Source of the DNA: Isurus oxyrinchus
Lineage: Eukaryota
Length of the DNA: 64,000 bases
Assembly (NCBI GenBank): GCA_026770705.1
Contig: JANJGN010000021.1
Span: 30,132,001 to 30,196,000 of the forward strand
Reading direction: 5' to 3'
Within the stretch, counting starts at the first letter, position 1; each line of letters opens with the position of its first letter. The notes under the pieces were generated by a model that saw only the letters and a program-made list of their open reading frames with translations, was not told the origin of the DNA and made no database searches. The position numbers and the translations under genes were made by a program. Below, piece by piece: positions 63,633 through 64,000 of this stretch.

Positions 63633-64000
63633 CAGAGTTGGAAGGTCGGGTGAGAAAGGTGTACCTGCATTCTAGTATAAGTAAATAAGAAAGGAGTGGC
63701 AGTCCAATTGTGACTGCTACTCCACAGAGGTTATGGCCCGTGTTTAATCGCACCATCACACACTGGGCATGCTCAAAAGATATGACCACATTACACTGCT
63801 ACCTCCTTTTAAAATAAATACTTTTAAAAAATAAACTTCAAAAACAAATAAATCTTTGAGAATATGCACCCTTGGCACTAATATAACCAACTCGTTTCTT
63901 CTTAAACCATATCGATAAATCAAATGTAACAGCTGGTATACAAAATCTTCCTAATCTTCTCACAGAATTTGGTTTAGAGCCTGTTTTTGGACTGTCAGGA

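Noticed and set aside
63836-64000. Open minus-strand frame at the window end as a neighbouring gene exon
   Set aside because: No recognisable similarity, and it is truncated by the window edge.
1-64000. CRISPR arrays, rRNA or bacterial-type systems
   Set aside because: Eukaryotic intron/exon and retrotransposon landscape; no regularly spaced repeat-spacer array seen.

Overview
Vertebrate genomic DNA, AT-rich and about half transposon-derived. The repeat content suggests a cartilaginous fish (shark); this is an inference. Two host genes are arranged head-to-head. On the minus strand is the 5' part of RCAN3 (calcipressin-3): a non-coding exon near 14590-14660 and a first coding exon at 13150-13341, with no further exons recognised in the window. 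On the plus strand is a complete six-exon TMEM54/KRTCAP3-family (BCLP) membrane-protein gene of about 222-223 aa ending at 55756, with two alternative splice-compatible first coding exons (18533 and 36699). The rest is decayed CR1, L2 and RTE LINEs, tRNA-derived SINEs, solo LTRs and a Gypsy remnant. There is also a full-length but frameshifted PIF/Harbinger transposon (TIRs, CAG TSD, transposase plus spliced Myb/SANT gene) with related MITEs. The most notable observations are four. (1) A LINE family appears to start with a tRNA-like Pol III head directly upstream of its endonuclease (no ORF1), and SINE-like internal-deletion derivatives of it occur in the same window. (2) Penelope-type inverted repeats carry minimal hammerhead-ribozyme cores. 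(3) A CR1 insertion has an unusually long target duplication. (4) A possible relic RCAN1.4-like alternative exon lies inside RCAN3. No prokaryotic features (CRISPR, rRNA, operons) are present. Most short ORFs in the supplied track are repeat fragments or noise.
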